64,000 nucleotides of DNA, from the NCBI RefSeq assembly GCF_009914755.1, contig NC_060926.1; one strand, 5' to 3'. The position numbers and the translations under genes were made by a program. This stretch comes from the human T2T-CHM13v2.0 reference genome, Homo sapiens. Position 1 is the first letter of the stretch. Every line of letters begins with the position of its first letter. Shown piece after piece: positions 13,878-28,299 of this stretch. The notes under the pieces were generated by a model that had not been told where the DNA came from, searched no databases, and was given only the letters and a program-made list of their open reading frames with translations.

Positions 13878-14579
13878 GTAAGAAAGGTCATAGCCAAGGT
13901 AACTGCAAAATAGTTGCATCTGTGGCTTTCTCCATCATAGAATAGCATGCCTTTTGCTCCTCACCCCTATCAGTATACTAGCACCTTGATTTCAAGTAAA
14001 CATCTTGGATTTTCTTCCTCCTTGTCATGATTACAGTATTGATAAAATGTTCATTGCAGGAAATCTTTAAAATACAGAAAATGAAATAAGAAAATAAAAA
14101 TCACTCACAATTCTAATACCTAGAAATAAACACTTCAGTATAGAACCTTCCACTTACTAATGAATTTCTTCTTAATAAATAATACATGTTTTCTGGAAAA
14201 TAAGCAAAAATAAGAACCCTCTTAGTCCCACCACTGGAGAAAACCACAGCTATGCTTTGATAAATATTATAACATTTTCCTTCTATGTGTATGTGTGTAC
14301 ATGACACATACAATGTATTGCAACAGAAATAAGAGCACACTGCTTTGTAACCTGTTTTTTTTTTAACTTGATATGTTAAGTCCTACCTTGTGGATCTCAT
14401 CATTTATCTAGTGGTTTCTTCAGTTATGAGATTGTAGCTGGAGACTTAAAGTCTCCTTTATTCTAGTAGAAAAATACTGTTCTTTGTTATAAACACACAA
14501 AGATGTTTATATGTTAATATAACAATGATTACGACTCTTTCTGGAGCTGACTAGAGAAACCGTATTAATAAGTAGAAAT

Positions 14580-14830
14580 AATAATACTAGCAGCACTTAT
14601 AAATGCTATGTGCCAGCCACTATTCTAAAGTCGTCGTTAAATATATTAACTTATTTAGCTCTTATAACAATTTGATGAAGAACTACTATTACAATGCAAT
14701 GGGTGAAAAAAGGGAGGCACAGAGAGGTTAAGTAACTTGCCTAAGGTTGCACATCAAGTAAATGGTAGGGCCAGTTTTTGAACACAGGCAGACTGGCTCC
14801 AGAGTCTGTGTTCTTTGCAATATTATATTG
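14580..14830 (-). mobile_element. MIR
   Basis: GAGGCACAGAGAGGTTAAGTAACTTGCCTAAGG core. Confidence 0.85.
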
Positions 14831-16197
14831 CCTTTTATATGATAATCTAACCATTACATTTGGGAGAATAGAACTTTATGGCAGAAAGCATTATAAAATA
14901 TTGAAATAATTTCTATGAAATTTTCAAAATATTGAGAATCATTTAGAATCGTTTCAGTGAAATCTTGACCACAGGCGAAGAGATGAAATGCCATCATGAA
15001 ATCTCTACAAACTATACTTTTTCATGTCATATAAAATCTTGCTCCGATAAACTAAATGAAGCAAATTTATTTTTCTTTTTTACTTATCAATATAGTTGGG
15101 TGCAAGGGATGGTTGAGCAACTGGATTAAAAATGTATCAACATTAATTTTTATGGGCTAATATTTGCCTCAAAGCATTATAAAAATTTCAGGCAGTTGTT
15201 TATTCATGAGCTAAAATAAATGATATTCCATTTTAGCTGTATAAAATATCTTTATTTCATGAGGCTTTTGTCTTGTAATCTCAGAACTGGTCTTTAAGCA
15301 GGCTTGGGAGACTGAGTTTCAGCCCTTGATGAATGGGCTGGTTGCCAGCCCTTGTTGATTTGTACTGTCCCACAAAATAATATGAATAATAAGTGTTGTG
15401 GGCATTATTAAAGCTATTGGTCATCTGCAAATGACCGAGTTCAAATATTTGAAGCACGTCCTTGCTTTTGTTCCCTGAGAATATGTGTATCAAAATTTAG
15501 GACATATTTTGAGAAAAATTATCTTTATTACAGAGAGGATCAGAAGCAAAATGCATCAGAAAGCTTCGTGATCATACAGAGATGACAGAAGATTCTTACT
15601 TGACTCCATTTATTCACTCTATATATTGATACTTAAATTATTGGCCAATAAAATCTTTCTCTTTTTTCATATCCCCTTCCTAGCCTGAATGATGATACAT
15701 CTGAGAGTGGGGAAACAAACGCCTGAAAATAAAAACAAAATCGAATGTTATCTATCCTCTAATTCCTTCTATCCAGTCTCAAGTCGTGCTTTTAGATACT
15801 TGATCAACGAAATTGCCTTGTATAAGCTACTGGGATGTTGTTTAAGAGCAATAGTTAAAACATGTCCTTTGCAAATATTCGAATTCTATGGCCCTTAAGT
15901 AGAAGGATGAAGTTTCTAGAAGTACTTTTGCAAACTAAACAGGACATAAGGGAACCAGGCATCTACCATGATTTTGACTTTCTAGAGGGGCAAAAGAACA
16001 GAAAAATATTAGAAAATTAAGCACTGAGCCAAGTTGACTTCGTTTTTTTATACTTGGATTGGTTTCTAGAATTGGAAATTTTGGAATTTCAGTTCTGATT
16101 GTGCTATTTAATTTGAAATATAAAATTGAAATCTGTTCAGAATTGAGCATATGTGTGGGTTTTTGTTTTGTTTTTCGTCATACTCTGAATCATTCAG

Positions 16198-16258
16198 TTT
16201 CCAGGCTTGGAAAAAAATATTTTTGGAGAAGAATCCAATGAGTTTACTAATGACTGGG
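16198..16258 (+). CDS. INPP1: INPP1 coding exon 2 (61 nt; FPGLEKNIFGEESNEFTNDWG)
   Basis: Acceptor CATTCAG|TTT, donor TGGG|GTAAGT; carries the GEE metal-binding motif (E79/E80); phases join both neighbours. Confidence 0.97.
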
Positions 16259-16798
16259 GTAAGTATAAGAATCTTAATGTGTCTTTGTAATTTAATTATC
16301 ATATGGTATTCTAGTCTCTAGTTTATACCATGAACTAAATGTTTGGAAGCCACTTACTGTAAACAACATAATATATTTGAATGTTAAGGTTCATTCAATT
16401 TCTACCTCAGAATATCATGCCATTTAACTTAAGTAGAGAGATGTGGTATCTTAGAATAATTTAGCAAGTCCATGTATCATTTTAGATATAAATCTGTGGC
16501 ATTTAAGTAACTTATAACTCAAGCTTTGGGAAAATTGCATGGCCCTTTGGGAATCTAATGTAAGTTATTAATGCCCCAAAGATGCCCATCTACAAAATTA
16601 TGCAGACAATTTCAGATCCTAGGTTTAAACCCATCTGTGCGCTCTTGGGGGAAGTCCATGGACCTTGGCTAAAAGTACAGAGGTGGCCATGGTTCTGAAA
16701 TACTGTGTGATCTTGAGCAAATTAACTCATCATTTCTCTAAGTCTCAGAACCTCTGTGAAGTACTTGGATTAACTAAAAGATTCCTTTTAGTACTAAG

Positions 16799-17046
16799 TT
16801 TTTTGGTTTGTTTGTTTGTTTTTGAGACAGAGTTGCTCTGTTGCCCAGGCTGGAGTGCAGTGGCACAATCTCGGTTCACTGCAACCTCCACCTCCTGGAT
16901 TCAAGCCATTCTCCTGCCTCATCCTCCTGAGTGGCTGGGATTACAAGCATGTGCCACCACACCTGGCTAATTTTTGTATTTTTAGTTAGAGATGGGATTT
17001 CACCATGTTGGCCAGGCTGGTCTCAAACTCCTGACCTCAGGTAATC
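16799..17046 (-). mobile_element. 5'-truncated AluS
   Basis: Antisense Alu ending at CTCAGGTAATC. Confidence 0.9.
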
Positions 17047-17815
17047 TGATTTCTTTCAGAGAAACAATTTTTTTTTTTAGTTTGTTTGGATTTAATAGTA
17101 GAAGAATAAAATAGTGAACATTAAATACTGATCATGTGACAAATACTTATATATCTAGAAACACAATTACAAAGAAAAAATGAGTTTCTAGATTAACTCT
17201 GAAAATTTTTTAGTCTCCTTCATGCACCACATATTAAGATGCAGTTAGTTCTATGTTAGTAATACGGGAAAGAAATCTTTTAAACCTCTGAAGGTTAAAA
17301 ATAACACTTATGCCTGACTTATAAGCAATCTTACATTTAAAAATCTACGCTTGACTACTTCACAAACAGCTATTTTAATACATCATTTGTCTAGAATTAT
17401 AGAGGCAAAAGGCATAGCCACATCCATTTTCCTGTTTGTTAAAAGGGCAGAGAAATGTGGAGAGAGGAAGAGGAGAGATGGTGATGATGATATTGCAGGC
17501 AAGACCAGATCATAGGAAGGGATTTAGATTTCCCTCTCAGTGGGATGGGAGGTCTCTGGCAAATTTCAAGCAAAGGAGTGATATAATTTCTTCCTTTGAA
17601 TGATCCCATAAGTTTTACTGAGCCCAGAGTAGGTGTGCAGTAAGTAGCCATTATTAGCTTTATTATTCCCCAACTTTAACAGTCTAATTTACTTTGAATT
17701 AAGTTAATTTAACTAAATTTGACTGTTTCTTGCTGATTCAGTCATCACTGTAATAGATGTATATTGTGCTTCCCACACTTTACTGGTCATGTAATCGCCT
17801 CAGGATCTTGGTTAA

Positions 17816-18473
<658 letters not shown>

Positions 18474-19330
18474 TAAGGTTCTGACTTTCTAATAAGCTCC
18501 CAGCTGATATAGACACTGCTGGTCCTTGGAATAAGAAGGGTAGAAGTAGCTACCTAGATAGCTACTAGATAGCTAGGAGTATCTAAAACGTTCCAAAGTG
18601 CCATGTTTTCTTAGTTTTTAAGATTTTTTTTCCTCCACTGCTGTCACTTCTTGTTGCTATTAACTTGCCTATTTTTTACCAGCCTCTTCCCTCACTTCTG
18701 TCAAGGGCTGAAACCAGATTAATCAAGGGTCTAAGAAGCATGTTTAAAGCGATGGTAAAGCACCTGGCCTCGGTAACTTATCGTTTCATTTGAAGAAGCA
18801 GCTTTGCTTATGTTCTGGTTCTCAATGGGCTCCACAGAGGAGAGCTATTTATATGTATACCATTTAGAGGCATAAAGTTTTACTACATTTAAAGATTGGT
18901 ATATACCATTTTATGTTACTTAGCATAAACAATTTTAAGTTAAAAGCAATATCATATAAGGAGGTAGAAGCACTTCGGTGTGTTGAAAAACCTCCATTCT
19001 TTTCAATAACATATTCAGACACGGACAGGGTGACTTAAGTATATAAAAAGTCAAAAGACAAATTTTAAAAAGATTAATGATCAGGAATTCAGGAATTGTT
19101 AACTGGCCTATGTATCCCTTAACTGGGATACAAAATTGTGCCCACATGGGCATTTTTCTAGGGAGGTCTTTTGATTCCTGAAACCCATCTCTTACTATTC
19201 AGGTTAAGTGCCTGGGTAGCCACTGAGCATCTGACTTGATGAAGCCCCACCAGGTGATTCTGGCAGTCAGCCAGGCATAGGAACTGCTGGGATGGATATA
19301 TTGCCCTCAATCTAAGTGCACAGCTTTTGA

Positions 19331-20217
19331 TTCACTCTCTCACTGGCTCACTCTCTCTCTGTCTCTCTTGCTTGCTCTCTCGCTCTCTCTGTCTCAATCT
19401 TTGTCTCATTCTCTCGCTGTCTCTCTCGCTCTCTGTCTCTCTTGCTCTGTCTCTCTCTGTGTCTCTTGCTCTGTCTCGCTCTCTTGCTCTGTCTCACTGT
19501 CTCTCGCTCACTGTCTGTCTCACTCTTTTGCTCTCTCTCGCTCTCTCGCTCTGTCTCGCTCTCTCTCGCTCTCTCGCTCTGTCTCGCTCTCTCTCGCTCG
19601 CTCTCTGTCTCACTCTTTTGCTCTCTCTGTCTCTCTGTCTCTTTCACTCTGTCTCTCTCAGTCTCTCCCTGAATCTCTCGCTCTCTGTCTCGCTCTGTCT
19701 CTCTTGCTCTCTCTCGCTCTTTCGCTGTCTCTCTCGCTCTTTGTCTCTTGCTCTCTGTCTCTTGCTCTGTCTCGCTCTCTCGCTCTGTCTCTCTCTTGCT
19801 TGCTCTCTGTCTCACTCTTTCCCTCTGTCTCTTTCACTCTTCCTGTCTCTCTCTCGCTCTCTGTCTCTCTCGCTCTGTCTCACTCTCTCTGTCTCACTCT
19901 CTCGCTCTGTCTCTCTCTTGCTTGCTCTGTCTCACTCTTTTGCTCTGTCTCTTTCACTCTCCCTGTCTGTCTCTCTTGCTCTCACTCTGTCTCACTCTGT
20001 CTCACTCTGTCTCACTCTCTCTGTCTTGCTCTCTCTGTCTCTCGCTCTTTTGCTGTGTCTCTCGCTCTCTCTGTGTGTCTCTCTCTCACTCTCTTGCTCT
20101 GTCTCTCTCGCTCTTTCGCTCTGTCTCGCTCTCTGTGTCTCTCGCTCTCTCTCTGTCTCTCTCTCTCGCTCTCTCTGTCTCTCTCACTCTTTAGCTCTCT
20201 CTCTCTGTTCTTTCTCC
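19331..20217. repeat. Complex (CT)n-based polypyrimidine low-complexity tract, ~880 bp
   Basis: CTCT/CTGT/CTCG/CTCA/TTGC units; almost no A on the + strand; ends ~48 nt before the exon acceptor. Confidence 0.97.
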
Positions 20218-20264
20218 ACTGAAACTCTTGAAATGTAATGGCTTATCGTGTGGCTTTACCCTAG

Positions 20265-20465
20265 GGGAAAAGATTACCTTGAGGTTGTGTTCAACAGAGG
20301 AGGAAACAGCAGAGCTTCTTAGCAAAGTCCTCAATGGTAACAAGGTGGCATCTGAAGCATTAGCCAGGGTTGTTCATCAGGATGTTGCCTTTACTGACCC
20401 AACTCTGGATTCCACAGAGATCAATGTTCCACAGGACATTTTGGGAATTTGGGTGGACCCCATAG
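20265..20465 (+). CDS. INPP1: INPP1 coding exon 3 (201 nt; EKITLRLC...GIWVDPI)
   Basis: Acceptor CCCTAG|GG, donor ATAG|GTAAGT; first half of the DPIDST motif; phase 1 at both ends. Confidence 0.98.
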
Positions 20466-20639
20466 GTAAGTATAGGAAAGTATGTTTGTTCTTATTTGCA
20501 ATCTTTTTTTTGGTGGTGGGGTTGGGGATGGGTGTTGGAAAAATAAAAATTATTGAGTGTAGTTTAACTCTGCTAGAAGTTTTTAAAATTTTAAAGTTTT
20601 AAAACAATGAGAGTTGAGGTGTATGTGTCATGTGTTCTG

Positions 20640-20730
20640 TATATATACATATATATTATAGCCGTGTGTATATATATACATATCTATAACAGGTGTGTGT
20701 ATATACACACACATACATACAGGCACACAT
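20640..20730. repeat. TA/CA/TG low-complexity microsatellite
   Basis: Direct reading. Confidence 0.75.
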
Positions 20731-21128
20731 GCAAAGATGAATTAACTTCTCTTCAAAAGACTTCAGGGACCAGACTGGTAAGTAAATGAGAGAATGAAGT
20801 GAGAGCAGTTATGACCAATTGAGCACACATACCATTTAAAGAGCACTTAGCTTTAGCAGATTGTTACCATATGGGAGTACAGGCCAGCTCTTCAGATTTT
20901 TAAAGAGAAACCAAAATCCAAGGTTTTCAGCGATATATCCCAATTTCTAACCGTTAGCTACTAATTCAGTTAAAGAAGGAAACAATCAAAAAAACACAGT
21001 ACAGGTCAAGCAAAAAGCTGAATGTGACGCATGAGCAGTTTGTGAGCCCTGCATGAGCTCTACATTTTTTTTGGTCATGATTGTGATAGAACCATAATGT
21101 ATAATCCATTGTTTTGAAAATGTAACCC

Positions 21129-21437
21129 TTTTCTTTGAGACAGAGTCTCGTGTTGCACACAGGCTGGAGTGCAGTGGCACAGTCAGAACTCACTCACTGC
21201 AGCCTTGTCCTCCTGAGCTCAAGCAATCCTCCTATCTCAGCTTCCCAAGTAGCTGGGACCCAAGTAGGTGGCAGAGTTGCATGCCACCTCACTAGGCTAA
21301 TTTTTTATATTGTTTTTAGAGAAGGGGTTTTTACCATGTTTCCCAGGCTGGTCTCGAACTCCTGGGTTCAAGCGATCTGCCTGCCTTGGCCTCCTAAAGT
21401 GCTAGGATGATTACAGGCATGACCTACCATGCCCAGC
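21129..21437 (-). mobile_element. Alu (AluJ-like)
   Basis: Diverged antisense dimer. Confidence 0.9.
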
Positions 21438-22044
21438 CAGCCTTTATCTTCAATGATGCTATTAATACAAGTTCTAGGTAATAATTTTAATAAGCTCCCC
21501 CTTCCTTTTTTTTCTTCCCCACCCAACACAATGGGACCATTCAAGGACCAGGCAAACTCCTCTCTGGGCCCTTCCCATCCTACAAGTGCATTCACAGGAT
21601 GATACTGAAATGGGTTTAATCTTCAGATAATTATATCACATTCAGCCAGTGGATGATATATGGAAACTAAAAACCTTTCCCCAAATCTTTGATCATTTAA
21701 GGGTAAATTGGCATCAGTTATAGTTTCTGAGGGACAGAGATCTCCTGTTTCTTGGTTCCACCCTGAATTGATTCTGTTTTTGAGCTCTTTGAGTCTTTTG
21801 CCAGGCACATCCTTAGCCGTGTGTTGACTCCCTAGACGTCAGCAGTCAGCTGCTGGCATGTACATCTCTTAAGGGGAAACCTAGTTTCTCTGCCTCTGTT
21901 TCATAGGAGCTCCGTTAATTTCTTTTTTTGGTGCCACCATCATTGTCTCTTTCTTCCTTCTAACTTGAGGGACCAAATAATAATAGTAAAAGATAATATT
22001 ACCTGTGACCTATTACAGGAGGGGGGCTTTTCTTTTTTTCTTTT

Positions 22045-22285
22045 CCTTTTTAAAATGTTTGTGGGTACATAATAGGTGTATATATTTATGGGGTAGATGA
22101 GATGTTTTGACACAGGCACACAATGTGAGATAAGCACATCATAGAGAATGGGGTATCCATCCCTTTGAGCATTTATCCTTTGAGTAATAAACAATCTAGT
22201 TACACTCTTTATTTTAAAATGTACAGTTAAGTTCTTATTGATTATAGTTACCCTATTGTGCTATCAAATAGTAGGTCTTTTTTTT
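22045..22285 (-). mobile_element. L1PB/L1MA 3' end
   Basis: GTGGGTACATAATAGGTGTATATATTTATGGGGTA...GAATGGGGTATCCATCCC. Confidence 0.8.
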
Positions 22286-22672
22286 TCACCCATTGGAAGG
22301 AGGCTTTTCCATCTCACATTGTACTAGTCCTCTGATTAGTAGTATTTCTAAAATAATCCCACCAATTATTCTGGTTATTACTTTTTCAATGCTTTTGATA
22401 AGTAACAAATATTTGAATGCCTGTTATATACAAATTGCTATGCCACAGGAACTATAGACACATCCTCTCCCTTCAAGAGTTCTCACAGTCAGGAAAATGA
22501 AACACAAGCAATTTAAAAGTAAAGTACAAGAGGCCAAATAACAATTCAATACAGTGACATCCAAAGGTAAAAAATTATTGGTTACCAAATCAGTAGAAGA
22601 GAGAAGTCATATGGAACAGAGTCTTCTAAATGATCTTTACCTGAATCCAAACACATTTGTTTCCTTTTTCAG

Positions 22673-22847
22673 ATTCAACTTATCAGTATATAAAAGGTTC
22701 TGCTGACATTAAATCCAACCAGGGAATCTTCCCCTGTGGACTTCAGTGTGTCACCATTTTAATTGGTGTCTATGACATACAGACAGGGGTTCCCCTGATG
22801 GGAGTCATCAATCAACCTTTTGTGTCACGAGATCCAAACACCCTCAG
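22673..22847 (+). CDS. INPP1: INPP1 coding exon 4 (175 nt; DSTYQYIKG...GVINQPFVSRDPNTLR)
   Basis: Acceptor TTTTTCAG|AT completes the Asp of DPIDST; donor CAG|GTAAAA, phase 2. Confidence 0.98.
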
Positions 22848-23744
22848 GTAAAAGGCAAATATTTTTGGTATATTATGGTTGTTAGAACTTACGACCTCAG
22901 CTTTGCTTGTTGTTAGGATTATCACTATATGACATTCCCATGACTTAACACATGGGAGTGTTGCCATTGAAAGTCTGCGTATTTGAATTAAAGTTCTATT
23001 TTCAATCTTGGATTTGCGTAATTTTATTTCAGGCCAAGTGCATGCTGGTAGAAATTTTAAAATTAATACTATCCTGTAGAAATCATAGTTTTACATTTGG
23101 AATATAGTAATCCTGTTCCCTGTTTCTAGAATCCACTCAAAACCAGATAAGTAGAGTGGTGGTAACACTGCCTTCCAATACATTGGGAATAAGACAGCTG
23201 CCATCGCTGTATAGCCAGTTGAACTTTGGTATAATTTTAGAAGTTCAAAACAAAATGTGAAAATTATCCAATGAAAAGATTGGTAGGCATGGCCAGGATC
23301 AGAACCTAACTCACACTCCCTTTCTGCCTCCTCCCTTCCACTCTTCCATGCACTCTTAAACAGAGCGTAGAAAGTGGCCAGGACTCAGCTGCCTCTGATC
23401 CATGGCCTGTGCTTTGGGGTTGACTCCAGGGCATGGCAAAGTCCAGGTGGAACAAGCAGTTCAGCTTTTTATTGAAATAGGTCATATTTTTTCACTTATA
23501 TAGGATTACATATTTTTATTGAACCTGAGCTGCTTCAAGTAACAATCATTTGCTCTTTAATAGTCATAAGTTTATACCTCTTAAGTTTTAATATTTTCCC
23601 CCTACCCCCACCATCTTCCAAACTAAAAATAGGTTTCTGCTATCTTTAAAAGGTTAATAAGAAATTAAAAAGAATTGGAACAATATGCAGACATAATCAT
23701 GGCCTAGAAATGGAGGTGGTCAACAAAATAGTTTATGGCACAGA

Positions 23745-23900
23745 TTCAGAGTGAGACTTTGTGGGTTTGAATGCAGATTCTACCACTTTCTAGCTGAGTG
23801 GGCCTCAGCAAGCTACTTACTTTCTCTAAGCCTGTTTCCTTATCTGTAAATATGTAACAACATAGACAGTAAGTTAAGCATTGATAAAGGGAAGGTGCTA
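23745..23900 (+). mobile_element. MIR fragment
   Basis: CTCTAAGCCTGTTTCCTTATCTGTAAA core. Confidence 0.65.
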
Positions 23901-24413
23901 TAATTATTGTGGTTGCCAAAACTAATAACATTGAGTCCATCTTTCTTTGTGTTGGAAGCCAACGTGAAACTAGTGAATAAGAGAATGAAAAGGAGTTACC
24001 AAATAAAGAAAAACTTGTTATAGGGATTGTAGAATATTTGCAGATCAAAAAGAGATATCACTTTTCTATTCCTTTTTCCCTACTAAACTTTAAATACTAA
24101 AAGTTGTAATGAAATTTTGCAATGGTTCTGGAAGCTGGAAACCCCATAAATGTTTTAGTGTTGTCCTAGATTGATGTGATAATGCCATAAAATTGAAAGC
24201 ATTTCTAATTGCAACAACTCAGGCAGCTGCATGCATATAAGTAACTTTCTGAAATAAACTAGCTACCTGATATCTATTCCTAGACTTAAAGGTGTTAAGA
24301 TTCACCATGTTATGATGAATTGTGTATTTCTTCGTATCATTAAGTTTGAAAGTGACATGAGTAATGAAAAACAAATGTGATAATCATCACCAATTGAAAT
24401 TTTTCTTCTACAG

Positions 24414-24972
24414 GTGGAAAGGACAGTGCTATTGGGGCCTTTCTTACATGGGGACCAACATGCATTCACTACAGCTCACCATCTCTAGAAGAAACGGCAG
24501 TGAAACACACACTGGAAACACCGGCTCTGAGGCAGCATTCTCCCCCAGTTTTTCAGCCGTAATTAGTACAAGTGAAAAGGAGACTATCAAAGCTGCATTG
24601 TCACGTGTGTGTGGAGATCGCATATTTGGGGCAGCTGGGGCTGGTTATAAGAGCCTATGTGTTGTCCAAGGCCTCGTTGACATTTACATCTTTTCAGAAG
24701 ATACCACATTCAAATGGGACTCTTGTGCTGCTCATGCCATACTGCGGGCCATGGGTGGGGGAATAGTAGACTTGAAAGAATGCTTAGAAAGAAATCCAGA
24801 AACAGGGCTTGATTTGCCACAGTTGGTGTACCACGTGGAAAATGAGGGTGCTGCTGGGGTGGATCGGTGGGCCAACAAGGGAGGACTCATTGCATACAGA
24901 TCCAGGAAGCGGCTGGAGACATTCCTGAGCCTCCTGGTCCAAAACCTGGCACCTGCAGAGACGCATACCTAG
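24414..24972 (+). CDS. INPP1: INPP1 last coding exon (559 nt to TAG)
   Basis: Acceptor TTCTTCTACAG|G; contains GAGYK and KWDSCAAHAILRAMGG (inositol monophosphatase family motif 2); stop TAG 24970-24972; spliced CDS totals 1200 nt = 399 aa. Confidence 0.98.
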
Positions 24973-25130
24973 AGGAACTCTAACCCCGGTGTACCTGTAT
25001 AAACTGAACTGTGAAACTGTTTCGGTTATCTCTGTCTTTTGAGGATGGCTTTGTCCTGTTGCTGGTTAACATTCACCTTCCTCTTTTGAGGAGTATTTTT
25101 CCATTATGTATTCATAATAATGTTAATTTC

Positions 25131-25136
25131 AATAAA
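25131..25136 (+). terminator. INPP1 proximal polyadenylation signal AATAAA
   Basis: AATAAA 159 nt after the stop, with U-rich upstream and GU-rich downstream (ATTGGTGTATG) sequence. Confidence 0.7.
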
Positions 25137-25216
25137 TGACATTCATGCAGCAATTATATTGGTGTATGAAATTCTTACAGTGAATATTGTGCTGTTAGTG
25201 CTGCTTGAAACATTTC

Positions 25217-25222
25217 AATAAA
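25217..25222 (+). terminator. INPP1 distal polyadenylation signal AATAAA
   Basis: Second AATAAA immediately 5' of an Alu. Confidence 0.65.
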
Positions 25223-25227
25223 ATATT

Positions 25228-25561
<334 letters not shown>

Positions 25562-25806
25562 CTAAACATCTAAGCGATAGAAATTTCTCTGAAATATAAG
25601 GGAGAATACAGGAGGGGTTTGCTTGAGTTTTGTTTCCTCTCGAAGGGAAAAATCTGCAATTTTAGCCTGTTGGCAGAACATTTAGAACTTAATCTGCGTA
25701 AGTTAGCCAAGTTTATGTACTTTTAACAGTATTCTTGTATTTCTTATAGGAAGTAAAGCCTGGAACACTGTGGGCTCCCCCTTTGCAGAGACAGGGAGAG
25801 ACAGGG

Positions 25807-25808
<2 letters not shown>

Positions 25809-25860
<52 letters not shown>
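25809..25860. repeat. (AC)n microsatellite (~22 pure units)
   Basis: Direct reading. Confidence 0.97.
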
Positions 25861-26136
25861 AGTGAAAGACACAGACAAACAGAAAGACACATATACACAC
25901 ACAGAAGCAAAAGAGTACAACGAGTAGAGGTTTCTGCAATTTTTGCATATTTACTACACTTTACCAAAAACCAGAGGTGGACTTTAGATATATACAACCC
26001 TTGTGTACCAGCATCCCACAGTGAATGTTCTCTGAAGTGGACATAAAGTACTTTTTCTGTATTCTCTGTGGCAGGCCTGGTAACCAGAGAGTGCCAACTG
26101 CAGGGATCAAATCCTCGGCTCTGACTTCATTCTGCC

Positions 26137-26171
26137 CTACGCCCCCTGGGGGCCAAAGGATGTTTCTACAG
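26137..26171 (-). promoter_or_regulatory. Candidate CTCF site (core plus upstream motif)
   Basis: Minus strand reads CTGTAG-N10-TGGCCCCCAGGGGGCGTAG, close to the CTCF core TGGCCACCAGGGGGCGC. Confidence 0.6.
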
Positions 26172-26239
26172 ATCCTCTATTTACAAATGCATGAAAATAA
26201 CAATCTTATTTTCTAATGTCCTTACACTTAAAAATTTTT

Positions 26240-27127
<888 letters not shown>

Positions 27128-27254
27128 TGAACATCTATAATGTATATTATTCACCATCAATCTTTGCAGAAAAGCCAAAGCCCTTTCTTTAAGCATGTGC
27201 CTCTGATGGGTCTGCATTGTTTTTCTTGCGGAAGCCACAACCAGGTGACTATGA

Positions 27255-27628
<374 letters not shown>

Positions 27629-27739
27629 ACAGTTTTCTTACCAACTAATTTTTTCGTTCACCTTTACCCACACTTACTAAAGCCTCCAATTCTTTGTTTT
27701 CAAACCCACACTCCATTACTTTACGTTATATTAATTTAA

Positions 27740-28121
<382 letters not shown>

Positions 28122-28299
28122 TAGTGATGGAGGGGTGTTCTACAGAGGAGCCTCTTGGCCATGAAAGTCAAGTGTCTTTTGCATCAGTCTGTGTTTTACA
28201 GGAGGATGGATAGAGAGATTAGTCTGCCAGGTCACTTAGACACAGAGTAGTACAAAGAGAGCCTCAACTGCACATCAAGAAGAGCAGTCTTTGGGAATC

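Noticed and set aside
13538-13948. 136-aa antisense ORF over the first coding exon
   Set aside because: Shadow ORF of the real exon; no independent signals
19327-20238. Long Leu/Ser-rich (+) and Arg/Glu-rich (-) ORFs up to 303 aa
   Set aside because: By-product of an A-poor CT repeat that cannot form stop codons; non-ATG starts; intronic
24364-24413. ATG at 24364 in frame with the last exon (202-aa ORF)
   Set aside because: Intronic read-through of the acceptor; would lack the N-terminal catalytic motifs; no promoter evidence
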